Positions 14,270 to 24,109 are shown, counted from the first letter of the stretch. The stretch: 25,027 bases of DNA from an uncultured Methanosarcinales archaeon (GCA_964540325.1 CAZIMI010000001.1:1-25027), one strand, 5' to 3'. Program-made: numbers and translations. Notes: generated by a model not told the origin, from the letters alone.

Positions 14270-14863
14270 ATGCAAACAATATTAAAACCAGCAATGTACA
14301 AAATATTAAAATTGTTTTACCAGAATAAAAACCAACAATTACATCTTAGAGAGATTGCTAGAAGAACAAACCTAAATGAAAGTGCAATTACTAGACACCT
14401 TAACAATTTATCAAATGAAAAAATCCTCAAAACAGAAAAAGAAGCTAACTTAAAGAAATTCTCCATTAGAAACAAACAAATTCCAAAAATATTTCTTTTT
14501 TTTGACAATGAAAAATTAGATCACTTACCATTATTAAGAAGAAATGCAATCAAAGAATACATCAATCATTTAGAAAAAAAACCAGTTCTAATGATTACAT
14601 TTGGTTCAACTGCAAAAGGAACATTCAAAGATGATTCTGATTTAGATATACTTGAAGTTTACAATAACAAACAAGACAATAAAAAAGCAGAAAAGGAGGC
14701 AGAGAAATTAACTGGAATAAAAATACAAGTAAAACAATTAACAGAAAAACATTTTTATAAAGAATTAATAGAAAAAAAAGACCAAGTAATCCAATCAGCC
14801 TTAAACACTGGCTTTCCTATATTCAATAAGGAATATTATTATGGGGTAATTTATCATGAATGA
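14270..14863 (+). CDS. HTH + minimal nucleotidyltransferase (MNT) antitoxin
   Basis: N-terminal wHTH (LHLREIARRTNLNESAITRHL) and FGSTAKG...DSDLDIL (GS...DxD). Confidence 0.88.
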   Translation: MQTILKPAMYKILKLFYQNKNQQLHLREIARRTNLNESAITRHLNNLSNEKILKTEKEANLKKFSIRNKQIPKIFLFFDNEKLDHLPLLRRNAIKEYINHLEKKPVLMITFGSTAKGTFKDDSDLDILEVYNNKQDNKKAEKEAEKLTGIKIQVKQLTEKHFYKELIEKKDQVIQSALNTGFPIFNKEYYYGVIYHE

Positions 14864-15377
14864 ATATCAACTAAAAGAACTATTATCTAATTCAGAAAAA
14901 GTTGAAGATAAAATTAATTCTTTCTTAACAACAAAACAATTGGTAAAACAAGAGGTTGATAAAGCAGAAATCAAAGGCCACATTCAAAAAGCTAAACACA
15001 ATATAAGATTTGTAGATGACACATTAAAACAAGGTTACTCTGATTGGGCTTTAGTTGGTTGTTATTACACAGCTTATCATATGGCTCTTGCTTTAATAAT
15101 GAAGTTTGGTTTTTCTTCAAAAAGTCATGATGCTACTCTTGCAGTAATAATCAAACATTACTATCAAAAAGAATTAGACCAAAATGACATTGATTTTGTT
15201 AATGATACTTTTCTTAATTCACAAGACATTATGTTTTATGCACAATCAAAGTTTGAAAGAGAAAAAGCATCTTATTCTTCACAAACATCATTTAACCATA
15301 AATTAATAAACGAAATTAAATTAAAGACAACACTATTTTTAAACAAAACTATTGAGATTATTGAAAATGGCTCATAA
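14856..15377 (+). CDS. HEPN-domain protein (UPF0332/COG1895-like), partner of MNT
   Basis: DWALVGCYYTAYHMALAL...SKSHDAT...REKASY; overlaps the MNT stop by 8 nt. Confidence 0.82.
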   Translation: MNEYQLKELLSNSEKVEDKINSFLTTKQLVKQEVDKAEIKGHIQKAKHNIRFVDDTLKQGYSDWALVGCYYTAYHMALALIMKFGFSSKSHDATLAVIIKHYYQKELDQNDIDFVNDTFLNSQDIMFYAQSKFEREKASYSSQTSFNHKLINEIKLKTTLFLNKTIEIIENGS

Positions 15378-15822
15378 ATCAGAAGATAGACATGCCCTGT
15401 ACTACGAAGCAATACTTCAACTTAGAGATGTTTCTCAAGAAGTAGTAGATTATGTTGAGGATGAGATTGAAAGAGTTAAGTTAACTGTAGCGAAAACTGT
15501 GCCATTAAAAAACGGTATAGATTATTATCTATCAAATAATTCTTTAACCAGAGCTTTAGGAAAGAGATTAAGAGAAAAGTTTGGCGGCAATATAAAAGAA
15601 ACTGCCAGTTTATGGGGAGTAAAGAAAGACCGGGAAGTTTACCGAGTTACAGTTCTCTTCAGAGGAGTTCCTTTCAAAAAAAACGATTTAGTCATTTATG
15701 AAGGGGACGAATATAAAATTGTTTCTTTAGGAAAAGATATTTTCATGCAAGAAGTTAAGACAGGTAAAAAAGTTCATTTGAAGTATGATGATATGAACAG
15801 AATTAAATTAAAAGAACAATAG
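15367..15822 (+). CDS. NMD3-family protein, short form without the N-terminal zinc ribbons
   Basis: YEAILQLR, GIDYYL, FGG..KETASLWG and YRVTVLFR match the NMD3 core; no cysteines. ATG at 15367 is preferred over TTG at 15352. Confidence 0.72.
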   Translation: MAHKSEDRHALYYEAILQLRDVSQEVVDYVEDEIERVKLTVAKTVPLKNGIDYYLSNNSLTRALGKRLREKFGGNIKETASLWGVKKDREVYRVTVLFRGVPFKKNDLVIYEGDEYKIVSLGKDIFMQEVKTGKKVHLKYDDMNRIKLKEQ

Positions 15823-16806
15823 TCACTTCTTTCCCAAACTTCTTTTCAATCTGTCCATCTTCATCTCCATTGCATCTTCACCAACTTTCACAAATTCCTC
15901 TACTTTCTGCAAATCTGCCCAACCTAACCCTCTAAACGAAGGGATTACTTTGACATCAACTTTAGCATAAATCATTTTCTCTTTAGCCAGATTACTGATC
16001 AAAACATCCATGGTTTCGTTCATAACTTTTACTATCGGAAACATTTCCTTACCGGCTAGCATCTTTAAAACTTTTGCAGGGTAAAATATCTTGTCAAAAA
16101 GCCAGTGCAAAGTTTTGTAAATAAATTTCGGCCATCTTGTAGGGAACAGATAATTCTTAATATTCAATAATTCTTGAAAAATAAATTTCTCTTTCAATTC
16201 AGAGATAAATGTACTCTCTTTAGCTATGGGGCCTTCGATTTTCTGCCTTTTTTGAGAAAAAAGGTCAACAGCAATCACTACATCTGCACCCATCTCTTTA
16301 ACTACTTGGTAAGGAGTTGGATCAATTACACCACCGTCAATATAGTTATATTTACCAATCTTAGTGGGAGCGAAAACTCCAGGTATAGATATGGAAGCGC
16401 GAATTGCTTTAGAAACACTTCCTTCTGAAAAGATTGCTTTCTCATGTTTAGTCATATTATAAGCAACAACATTTAATGGAATACTTAAATCGGAGAAATC
16501 TTTATTAACAATTAATTTCTTTATTTTCCTTTCTACCAAATCCCCTTCAATCAAACCGGCTTTTGGTATTTTAAAATCAACAATCTTTTTCCAGTTAGTA
16601 GTCTTAGCAATCTCCTCAATTTTCTTAGGAGAATGATCAGCACAATATAAAGCTCCAATGACAGCACCCATTGATGTTCCAGCGATATAATCAGGATAAA
16701 TTTTATGTTTATGTAAAACTTTTAGAACACCAATGTGAGATAATCCTCTTGCGGAACCGCCGCCTAAAGCCAGTCCTAGTTTTTTCCCCCTTTTTATTTT
16801 TTTCAT
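15823..16806 (-). CDS. Patatin-like phospholipase (RssA/NTE family)
   Basis: LALGGGSARGLSHIGV, AGTSMGA (GxSxG), ASISIPGVF and DGG motifs. Confidence 0.93.
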   Translation of the reverse strand: MKKIKRGKKLGLALGGGSARGLSHIGVLKVLHKHKIYPDYIAGTSMGAVIGALYCADHSPKKIEEIAKTTNWKKIVDFKIPKAGLIEGDLVERKIKKLIVNKDFSDLSIPLNVVAYNMTKHEKAIFSEGSVSKAIRASISIPGVFAPTKIGKYNYIDGGVIDPTPYQVVKEMGADVVIAVDLFSQKRQKIEGPIAKESTFISELKEKFIFQELLNIKNYLFPTRWPKFIYKTLHWLFDKIFYPAKVLKMLAGKEMFPIVKVMNETMDVLISNLAKEKMIYAKVDVKVIPSFRGLGWADLQKVEEFVKVGEDAMEMKMDRLKRSLGKK

Positions 16807-17972
16807 CTTCTCTCTTTTCTGTAATTGGTAATCAATCCTTCTATAAAATCTTTCTGGTTTATCTTTTTTTCTAAAATATTAACATCAATCAAAGCAAAAT
16901 GATTATTTTCGGAAGAGATTTCATCTTTATCTAATGTTGTAGTAAGAAAGTTATTCTTAATAGTTTTACCCGGTTTAACAAAAGAAACAACCACAATACT
17001 TTTCCCAGCCAATTCATTTATAACAAATTCCGAGTAAGTGTTAGGATTATTAACAAAAAGAAGATCATTCTCTTTGATTTGTAAGATTTTATTTTTTTTC
17101 AAAAATTCTTTTTTACTCAAACTACCTAGTTTTTTTAATAATTGATAATCTGGAATCTTAGCCATGAACCTGTACATTTCATCTTTCTCTCCAACAAAAT
17201 TAACAATTATTTCTTTTTGCTTTTCAATCTCTTTACTTTGCAACTTCATACGTTGTTCTTTAAAGCCAAGTAAATTATCAACCCGTTTATCAAAGTTTGA
17301 AGACTTTTTATCCAAAGATTTATTCATTTTTTTGAAAAGATTAGTCCTAGCTTTCAATTCTCTATTAATTTTTATCAACTGCTTTTTTTCATTTTCCAAA
17401 TAAGATAATTTTTCATAAAGTTTTAAGAAATCTTTTTTTGTTATCTTTTCTTCTTTTATTACGGACTCAATTATCTTCTTTTCCTCTTCCGGTTTAGTTA
17501 AAATATCTTTAATTAAAGAGAAATGTAAATTTTCTTTGATAGCAATCTTGACAAACTCTGTTTCCTTTTCTTCCAAATCATTATTTTCTAAGAAACGGTT
17601 AATCTTTTTTAGTTTATGAGAATATTTCTTGTAAGCAAACAAAGCAGCCGCTAAAGCGTCTGATTCATGGTCATTATTAAATTCATTCTTAAAATCAAAG
17701 GCAAACAATCTCTTTTCTTCTTTTTTCATATCTTCTTCCGGCCAAACTAGTTCTGTTCCCAACTTCCGAGAAAATTCTTCAACTAAAGAAGGCACTTTAC
17801 CTTTATCTGTAGCGGTGATTAACGGCTGCGAAACTTCAATTACTTTATTGATAATGTCTGATAAAGAATAATTCTTGCCAGAGAAAATCTTGATAATCTT
17901 CCCATCTAAATCTAAAACCGCACAACCGATGGTAGTGCCGGGATCAAGACCGATGATGGAGAGTGGTTTCAT
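16803..17972 (-). CDS. DUF460-family protein (RNase H-like N-domain plus coiled coil)
   Basis: IIGLDPGTTIGCAVLDLDG, ATDK and NDHESDALAAA motifs; long coiled-coil middle region. Confidence 0.85.
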   Translation of the reverse strand: MKPLSIIGLDPGTTIGCAVLDLDGKIIKIFSGKNYSLSDIINKVIEVSQPLITATDKGKVPSLVEEFSRKLGTELVWPEEDMKKEEKRLFAFDFKNEFNNDHESDALAAALFAYKKYSHKLKKINRFLENNDLEEKETEFVKIAIKENLHFSLIKDILTKPEEEKKIIESVIKEEKITKKDFLKLYEKLSYLENEKKQLIKINRELKARTNLFKKMNKSLDKKSSNFDKRVDNLLGFKEQRMKLQSKEIEKQKEIIVNFVGEKDEMYRFMAKIPDYQLLKKLGSLSKKEFLKKNKILQIKENDLLFVNNPNTYSEFVINELAGKSIVVVSFVKPGKTIKNNFLTTTLDKDEISSENNHFALIDVNILEKKINQKDFIEGLITNYRKERR

Positions 17973-18075
17973 TTAGAGATGGAATGATGTTTTAGTATTA
18001 ATAATTTGTTAAAAATCTATTCTCCACACTAGATATATTAATAAATTCCTTCTCAGTTACTTAAAATATATTCAC

Positions 18076-18396
18076 TTGGGGGTAAATAAAATGAGAATTG
18101 AATACAGACCTGCTGATGCAGAAGAAGAATTAAAACCTATTGCAAATGCTTTTTTTGAACTTTATGAACTAAAAGGCCCATCAAAAGTAAGAGTTGAACC
18201 ATCTATCAACAAATTAATGCCGGGAATAATGTTATGCCCCGAGAAAGGATCAGTTATTGAAGAGATGTGTACACGGGAAACTCCTGCAACAGGTCGATTA
18301 GTTAGATTCGGAGAAGGTTATGTAACAATTGATATTAGCACTGGACAACATTGTGCGGTCTTTTCTGAGTATAAAGAACCTTGGACCAGAGAATAA
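18076..18396 (+). CDS. Hypothetical protein
   Basis: About 100 aa. The likely start is ATG at 18091, with GGGGGT upstream; no motif recognised. Confidence 0.55.
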   Translation: MGVNKMRIEYRPADAEEELKPIANAFFELYELKGPSKVRVEPSINKLMPGIMLCPEKGSVIEEMCTRETPATGRLVRFGEGYVTIDISTGQHCAVFSEYKEPWTRE

Positions 18397-18534
18397 TTTC
18401 TTCCAAAACAAAAAAAATTGCTGGATAACTAAAATCATAGCAATTTTTAGGTTGCAAATAAAGCATGATTAATTCTTTTATACTTTATTTACAACAACAA
18501 ACTTTAATAATAACCTCTTCTCTCTGATTAAAAC

Positions 18535-20367
18535 ATGAAAAAAGCGGTAATCTATCTATTAACATTAATAATCTTAACAGCAACAACTTCAATAACAGCT
18601 CTAGCCATCAACACAGAACCTTACCATATGAAACTTTTAGCAGTTCAAGAAAATGGTGAATCTTATACTGGCAGTGATGCTGATTTATTTTTAGAACTAA
18701 AAGAAGGTTCAGGGAGAGTTTTTTTAGAAACATTTCCGTTAACAAAAATGGACACACAAATTTCTACAAGATTTGCCAAAGAGATTGCCTGCAAACATTT
18801 TAAGTTAGATTGCAACAAATATGATTTCATTTTTACAATTAAAGCCAAATCAAACATTATTGGCGGTCCAAGTGCAGGAGCAGCTATTGCTGCTTTAACT
18901 ACAATCGCTGTTCTCGATTTAGATTATGATAAAGAGATTACAATTACGGCAACAATTAACTCTGGCGGAATTATCGGTCCGGTTGGAGGAGTTAAAGAGA
19001 AACTAGAAGCCGCAAAAGAAGCTCAACTTAAAAAAGTTTTAATTGCCAAAGGAACCGGACAACAAGAAACTATTGAAGAGAACGCTGAAGAAAATTCTAA
19101 CGTGACAGTAAAGTTAAATCTGATAGATTATGGAAAAGACAATTTAAACTTAAAAGTTGAAGAAGTGATAGACATTGATCAAGTTATGTTTCATCTAACT
19201 GGAGTCAATCTTAACAATAAGAAAGTTCAAGTACATGAAGATACCGAATATAAAGAGATAATGCAATCTTTGCAAAACCTTCTTTGTGAGAGAACTAAGA
19301 AAATTGAAGAAGAAATTTTACAAGATAATGTTGTATTTGATGAAGATTTAAAAAATGAAATCATTTCTAGAAAAGGAAAAGCAGAAAACGCAACTAAGGA
19401 GGAAGACCATTATTCGGCAGCAAGTTTCTGTTTTGGCAACAATATTTTCTTAAAGAACCACTATTACCAAGAAAAGATTCTCACCAGAGCAATGTTAATC
19501 AATCTTTTCCATGTTTTAGAAAAAAAAACAAATTCGTTAGAAAAAAAATTGAATGAACAGGAAATCAATACAATCTCAGATTTGCAAACAATGATGGTTG
19601 TTAAAGAAAGGTTAAGCGATGTTAAAGATCAGATTAAGAAGTTTGATTCTGAGAAAAGTCAACTTTTGTTAGCCGATATGTATTATTTGTTAGCCTATGG
19701 AGAGGAAAGGTTTTTTTCTGCTTTATCTTGGATGCAATTCTTTTCCATGGAAGGAAAAAAGTTTGTTGTTGACAATGATAATTTAAGAGATTCCTGTATC
19801 CAGAAAATATCTGAAGCAGAACAACGCCATCAATATGCCAGTTTATTTATCGGTCAGTTCAATGTGCTTAACATTATCGATAAGATCGAAGCTGCCAGAA
19901 AAGCTCAGACCGATGGAGAACCAGAATTATGTTTGATTAAAGCTGCTCAAGCAAAAGCAGAATCCAACGCAATTCTAAGTTCGATGGGTTTAACTGATGA
20001 CAACATTGACGAATTTATTGAAAGCAAAATTAAAGCTGTGGAGAGAGTCATCTCAGAAAATTCTGCGGAAGGGATATTTCCAATTCTGGGTTATTCATAT
20101 TACCAGTATGCTAACACTTTGAAAGAAACTGAAAAATATACAGTAATGATTTATTTAGAATACGCTTTAGAGATGAGTGAGTTAAGTATTTATTTCCCAG
20201 CAGAAGATGAAGTTCTGGGAAAAGTAAGCGAGTTCCAATTGAAAAGAGATTACCTTTTACTATTGATTGGTTTCTTAGTAGGAGTTCTGGTTACAGTAAT
20301 AATCTTCATTATCGAAAGAGGCTGGTTTAAGAGAGCTCCGAAGTTGAAGTTTGTTAGGAAGAAGTGA
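18535..20367 (+). CDS. Exported, membrane-anchored Lon-like (S16) serine protease, archaeal COG1750 type
   Basis: Signal peptide, GSGRVF, IGGPSAGAAIA (catalytic Ser), ITATINSGG.IGPVGGVKEK (catalytic Lys) and a C-terminal TM helix; no AAA+ module. Confidence 0.88.
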   Translation: MKKAVIYLLTLIILTATTSITALAINTEPYHMKLLAVQENGESYTGSDADLFLELKEGSGRVFLETFPLTKMDTQISTRFAKEIACKHFKLDCNKYDFIFTIKAKSNIIGGPSAGAAIAALTTIAVLDLDYDKEITITATINSGGIIGPVGGVKEKLEAAKEAQLKKVLIAKGTGQQETIEENAEENSNVTVKLNLIDYGKDNLNLKVEEVIDIDQVMFHLTGVNLNNKKVQVHEDTEYKEIMQSLQNLLCERTKKIEEEILQDNVVFDEDLKNEIISRKGKAENATKEEDHYSAASFCFGNNIFLKNHYYQEKILTRAMLINLFHVLEKKTNSLEKKLNEQEINTISDLQTMMVVKERLSDVKDQIKKFDSEKSQLLLADMYYLLAYGEERFFSALSWMQFFSMEGKKFVVDNDNLRDSCIQKISEAEQRHQYASLFIGQFNVLNIIDKIEAARKAQTDGEPELCLIKAAQAKAESNAILSSMGLTDDNIDEFIESKIKAVERVISENSAEGIFPILGYSYYQYANTLKETEKYTVMIYLEYALEMSELSIYFPAEDEVLGKVSEFQLKRDYLLLLIGFLVGVLVTVIIFIIERGWFKRAPKLKFVRKK

Positions 20368-20376
20368 AAAACCAGT

Positions 20377-21003
20377 CTAGGGTCTATGATAAACTATATT
20401 CTCATAATCTTCAGGCCCCACATAACCTTTAACTAAAGGAATACAGGCAGGAATTTTTTCTTTAATTAAAAATTGACAAATATTATCGGCTTCAATTGCT
20501 ATTGCTCTGGCCCAATGAATATCTTCGTTATGGCCTTCCTCTTCAGCAAACTTTCTTAAACGACTTGCTCTCTCAAGTGCACCTTCTTCTGGAATATTTC
20601 CTTTTGTTAATCTCCTTATAAAAAAATAAGCTGAGTCTCTGGCATAATCAATAACTTTATGGCTGGGATGAAACATGATTGTCATATTATAATCAATTTT
20701 TTGTCTTTGTTGCTCTTCTTCGTCTCCAGTACAGTAAGGGGCAATCCAATCAAAGATTTGCAATCCTACTGTTTTACGTTTGTTCTTAAACAAATGATTT
20801 ATACCGGTTCCACCCATCTCATTCTCGTCCTGGCCCTGGTAGTTATACAAATTAGACTCTTTAAAATGTTCAACAACACTTTCAAAATCTCCATTTAAGA
20901 AAATAGGCCAATTATCATTGATTCCAAACTCTTTTTCTATCTGGTTATCAGGACAATTCTTCAAACGATTTAAATATTCTTCTAATTTCATCTCATTAGC
21001 CAC
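20377..21003 (-). CDS. Hypothetical protein
   Basis: 208-aa ORF with normal composition; no motif recognised. Confidence 0.65.
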   Translation of the reverse strand: MANEMKLEEYLNRLKNCPDNQIEKEFGINDNWPIFLNGDFESVVEHFKESNLYNYQGQDENEMGGTGINHLFKNKRKTVGLQIFDWIAPYCTGDEEEQQRQKIDYNMTIMFHPSHKVIDYARDSAYFFIRRLTKGNIPEEGALERASRLRKFAEEEGHNEDIHWARAIAIEADNICQFLIKEKIPACIPLVKGYVGPEDYENIVYHRP

Positions 21004-21034
21004 AAAATAATCTGTAAGTAATTATAAACCCCTG

Positions 21035-21056
21035 GCAAACCTCCGGAGAGGTTTGC
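21035..21056. other. Perfect 9-bp GC-rich hairpin in a divergent intergenic region
   Basis: GCAAACCTC-CGGA-GAGGTTTGC. Confidence 0.6.
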
Positions 21057-21239
21057 TCGGGGAAAAAGAGGTGATAGATGTTTACTACTTGAGAATAGGC
21101 ATTCATATTTAAATGTTTCGGTTATTTTAGTATTTTAGAGTAGTGAATAAAGTAATTGTTTTTCATAAGATTTAAAAGCCGGTATTTGAATCAAAAACTT
21201 TAATAACTGAACTATATTTTCTATTATATAATTCGATTA

Positions 21240-22184
21240 GTGAGGTATCATAAAATGAAGAAAATTATTTTTGGAATCATGTTTTTAATATTAGTCAATT
21301 CAGTTTTTGCTGCTGAGATGGATTTAGATACATTAAACAAAGAATTGGCCGGGAAAACTATTCCCAAACCAGTAGATAAATTGTTTGGAGATGAAAGGAT
21401 TAATATCCATTTTGGTTTAGAAAATGGAGAAAAAGCAATTCTGGGATTGATCACTGAAAATGGTAAATTTAAGTCACTAACTGTTGGGAAACTGAAAAAA
21501 GTTTCATTAAACGTTTATACCTCAGAAAAAGTTGTTAAAGAGATTGAATCTGCCGAAGATTCTGCAAAAGCGTTAAAAGAAGCTTTCGATAAAAAAGAAA
21601 TTAGATATAAAGCGGTAGGAATTTTTAATAAAATAAAATTTTCAGTTCTGTCAATGATTATTAAGATAGGTGGCGGTTTCAGTGAAGAAGTAGCTATTGA
21701 AGAAACAGAGAAGGAAGATGTTGCTGAAGAGAAAGAAGAAATAAAAGAAGAAGCCGATGAAGAAGAAACTACCGAGAATAAAGAAACAACAGAAGATACA
21801 GAATCAAGTGAAGAAAAAGAAGAAACTAATGATGAAGATGTTACTGATACTGAAGAAGAAGAAACAGAAGGAAATGCTCTTACCGGAGCAGTAACAGCTG
21901 AACCTACTGGGCCAGTAACCCATATTGTAGAACTCATTGACGGTGGTTTCGATAGGGACTCAATTACTATCAAAGTTGGTGATACGGTTGAATGGCATAA
22001 TATGCGTGCAGGTTTTAGAATGGAAAAGGCAATGCTTGTTGGTGCACAATTATGTAACAAACTAAAAAGTACAATTTACATGCCTGGAGACCTTTACTCC
22101 TGGACATTCGATGAAGCGAGAACCTGTGTAATTGTTGACGCTATCTTTTCAACACAAACAATGAAAGTTATTGTTGAAGAATAG
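21240..22184 (+). CDS. Secreted protein: SCP2-like N-domain, acidic linker, degenerate cupredoxin-like C-domain
   Basis: Signal peptide from ATG at 21255 (MKKIIFGIMFLILVNSVFA), an E/T/D-rich linker, and F...SITIKVGDTVEWHN...PGDLYSWTF...MKVIVE (plastocyanin-like). The SCP2-like call is a weaker resemblance. Confidence 0.6.
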   Translation: MRYHKMKKIIFGIMFLILVNSVFAAEMDLDTLNKELAGKTIPKPVDKLFGDERINIHFGLENGEKAILGLITENGKFKSLTVGKLKKVSLNVYTSEKVVKEIESAEDSAKALKEAFDKKEIRYKAVGIFNKIKFSVLSMIIKIGGGFSEEVAIEETEKEDVAEEKEEIKEEADEEETTENKETTEDTESSEEKEETNDEDVTDTEEEETEGNALTGAVTAEPTGPVTHIVELIDGGFDRDSITIKVGDTVEWHNMRAGFRMEKAMLVGAQLCNKLKSTIYMPGDLYSWTFDEARTCVIVDAIFSTQTMKVIVEE

Positions 22185-22200
22185 AAATTATTGGTGATAG

Positions 22201-23205
22201 ATGTTGAAAATAGGATTTTTTGAGTTAGAACTTTGGGAAGAGAAAGTAATCAAAGAAGCTTTTCCTAAAGACAAATTGTTTTTCTCTAAAAAAAAACTCA
22301 CTTTGCAATCTGCCAAGAAACATAAGAACTTAGAAGCGATAGCCGTATTTGTTCACTCAGTTGTTAACAAAGAAATTATTAGAAAATTACCGAAATTAAA
22401 ATTAGTTACTACGATGAGCACTGGTTTTGATCATATTGATTTAGAAGAATGCAAGAAAAGAAAGATTGCTGTTTGTAATGTTCCAGTATATGGGGAAAAT
22501 ACTGTCGCCGAACATGCTTTTGCATTAATTCTTGCTTTAAGTAGAAAAATTGTTGACTGTGTAGAAAGAACTAAACATGGAAGTTTTGAATTGAAAGGAC
22601 TAAGAGGATTTGATTTAATGGGAAAAACCATAGGGGTAATTGGTGGTGGGAATATTGGCCAACATGTTATTCGTATGGCTAAAGGCTTTGAGATGAATGT
22701 TTTAGTTTTTGATTTGTATAAAGATTCAAAGTTAGCCAAAAAAATGGGTTTCCAGTATGCAAGTATGGAAAAATTGCTTAAAGAATCTGAGATAGTAACT
22801 TTACATGTTCCTTACAATAAACATACTCATCATTTAATTAACAAAGAGAAATTAGCTTTAATGAAAAAGAACGCTTTCTTGATCAATACTTCCCGCGGCG
22901 GGATTATTGACACTGATGCTTTAGTAAATGCTTTGAAAAAGAAAAAGATTGCCGGAGCAGGATTAGATGTTCTGGAAGAAGAAACTGAACTGATTGAAGA
23001 AACCCAGCTTTTGAAAAAAGAGTTCACAAAAAATTACGACTTAAAGACAGTTGTTGAAAATCACATTCTCTTAGAAATGCCAAATGTAATCATCACACCG
23101 CATAACGCTTTCAATACGAATGAAGCTTTGATGCGAATTTTGGATACAACTATAAAAAATATTAAAATGTATAAAAGTGGAAGAAAGATTAATTTAGTGA
23201 AGTGA
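22201..23205 (+). CDS. NAD-dependent D-2-hydroxyacid dehydrogenase (D-lactate dehydrogenase-like)
   Basis: STGFDHID, VAEHAFAL, IGGGNIG, LHVP, INTSRGG, DVLEEE and ITPHNA motifs. Confidence 0.93.
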   Translation: MLKIGFFELELWEEKVIKEAFPKDKLFFSKKKLTLQSAKKHKNLEAIAVFVHSVVNKEIIRKLPKLKLVTTMSTGFDHIDLEECKKRKIAVCNVPVYGENTVAEHAFALILALSRKIVDCVERTKHGSFELKGLRGFDLMGKTIGVIGGGNIGQHVIRMAKGFEMNVLVFDLYKDSKLAKKMGFQYASMEKLLKESEIVTLHVPYNKHTHHLINKEKLALMKKNAFLINTSRGGIIDTDALVNALKKKKIAGAGLDVLEEETELIEETQLLKKEFTKNYDLKTVVENHILLEMPNVIITPHNAFNTNEALMRILDTTIKNIKMYKSGRKINLVK

Positions 23206-23207
23206 AT

Positions 23208-23600
23208 TTATTCTGGGATTGAAGCTAAGCGGTAAAAACTAAGTGTTAATGCTGGTAAACCATCTTTCGCAGGCAATTGAACTGTCGAATCTTTAATTAC
23301 CTGGTCGTCTAAAGGAACTTTTTTAGAAAAGTACTCAGACAATCTTCCTGCATTATCATAGCTTGAATCAGGCAGATATTTTTGAGGTAAATCAGCAAAG
23401 GTTTTACCTACTTCTGATAATTGTTCTAGATAAGAAGACAAGGAAAGATAAAGAATCCCTTCAAAATTTTCCTTTGCTTCTGAAACTGTATAGCCCTGTC
23501 CCCCATTTGAGTATGGTCCTATTTTTAACATTGGGTGAGCAAGAAGATTTTCAGGAACAGCCCCATAAAAAATCAATACTGGTACAACAACTTTTTCCAT
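23208..23600 (-). CDS. Hypothetical protein with a HicB-like N-terminal motif
   Basis: GQGYTVSEAKENFEGILYLSL resembles the HicB/UPF0150 consensus xQGxTxEEAxxNxxEAIxLYL. Confidence 0.4.
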   Translation of the reverse strand: MEKVVVPVLIFYGAVPENLLAHPMLKIGPYSNGGQGYTVSEAKENFEGILYLSLSSYLEQLSEVGKTFADLPQKYLPDSSYDNAGRLSEYFSKKVPLDDQVIKDSTVQLPAKDGLPALTLSFYRLASIPE

Positions 23601-23875
23601 AACGGCTAGTAATAAGTTATTGTTTAAATCTTTTTTGGTGTTAAGATTCCAGTAAACTTTATATATGATGAATGCGTTATATATAATAGTGAGTATAAAT
23701 GAATAATAAACATTTGGAAAGGGATTGTATTCCTTGTTTGTAAAACCAATTTTTTCTTAGTCATTACGATAATAAAATGTGGTGATTATTTTCCTTGGCC
23801 ACAAACTCACAGCCAAATATATTAATTCTATAACCAAGCACGACGCGATGAAGCAATTCCTAGGGGGTGAACTTC

Positions 23876-24088
23876 ATGGCAATAGAAAATAAAATGTTAG
23901 AAATCTTTGGAGTAAGAAAAGTAGAGATGTACCGAACAGGAATTGTTCTGGAATTAGAAAATGGACAGAGACTAAATAGAAAAGAAATTAGGGATTACAA
24001 ACAAAATGGATTGTTTAAAAAAAACAACAATTCAGCCATTTTCTATGATGCTCTTCTAGGAACAATCAAAGTTTATTACTCAAAATAG
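23876..24088 (+). CDS. Small hypothetical protein (70 aa)
   Basis: GGGGGTGA at 23863-23870, 5 nt before the ATG at 23876; followed by an oligo-T tract. Confidence 0.6.
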   Translation: MAIENKMLEIFGVRKVEMYRTGIVLELENGQRLNRKEIRDYKQNGLFKKNNNSAIFYDALLGTIKVYYSK

Positions 24089-24109
24089 TTTTTTTATTTT
24101 CTTTTTTTT
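24089..24109 (+). terminator. Archaeal oligo-T terminator candidate
   Basis: TTTTTTTATTTTCTTTTTTTT immediately after the stop codon. Confidence 0.5.

Noticed and set aside
21515-22060. 181-aa minus-strand ORF and other short antisense ORFs over housekeeping genes (e.g. 5763-6077, 7151-7591, 22431-22739)
   Set aside because: They lie fully inside well-supported genes on the opposite strand and show shadow-frame composition (Ser/Phe/Leu-rich) with no motifs.
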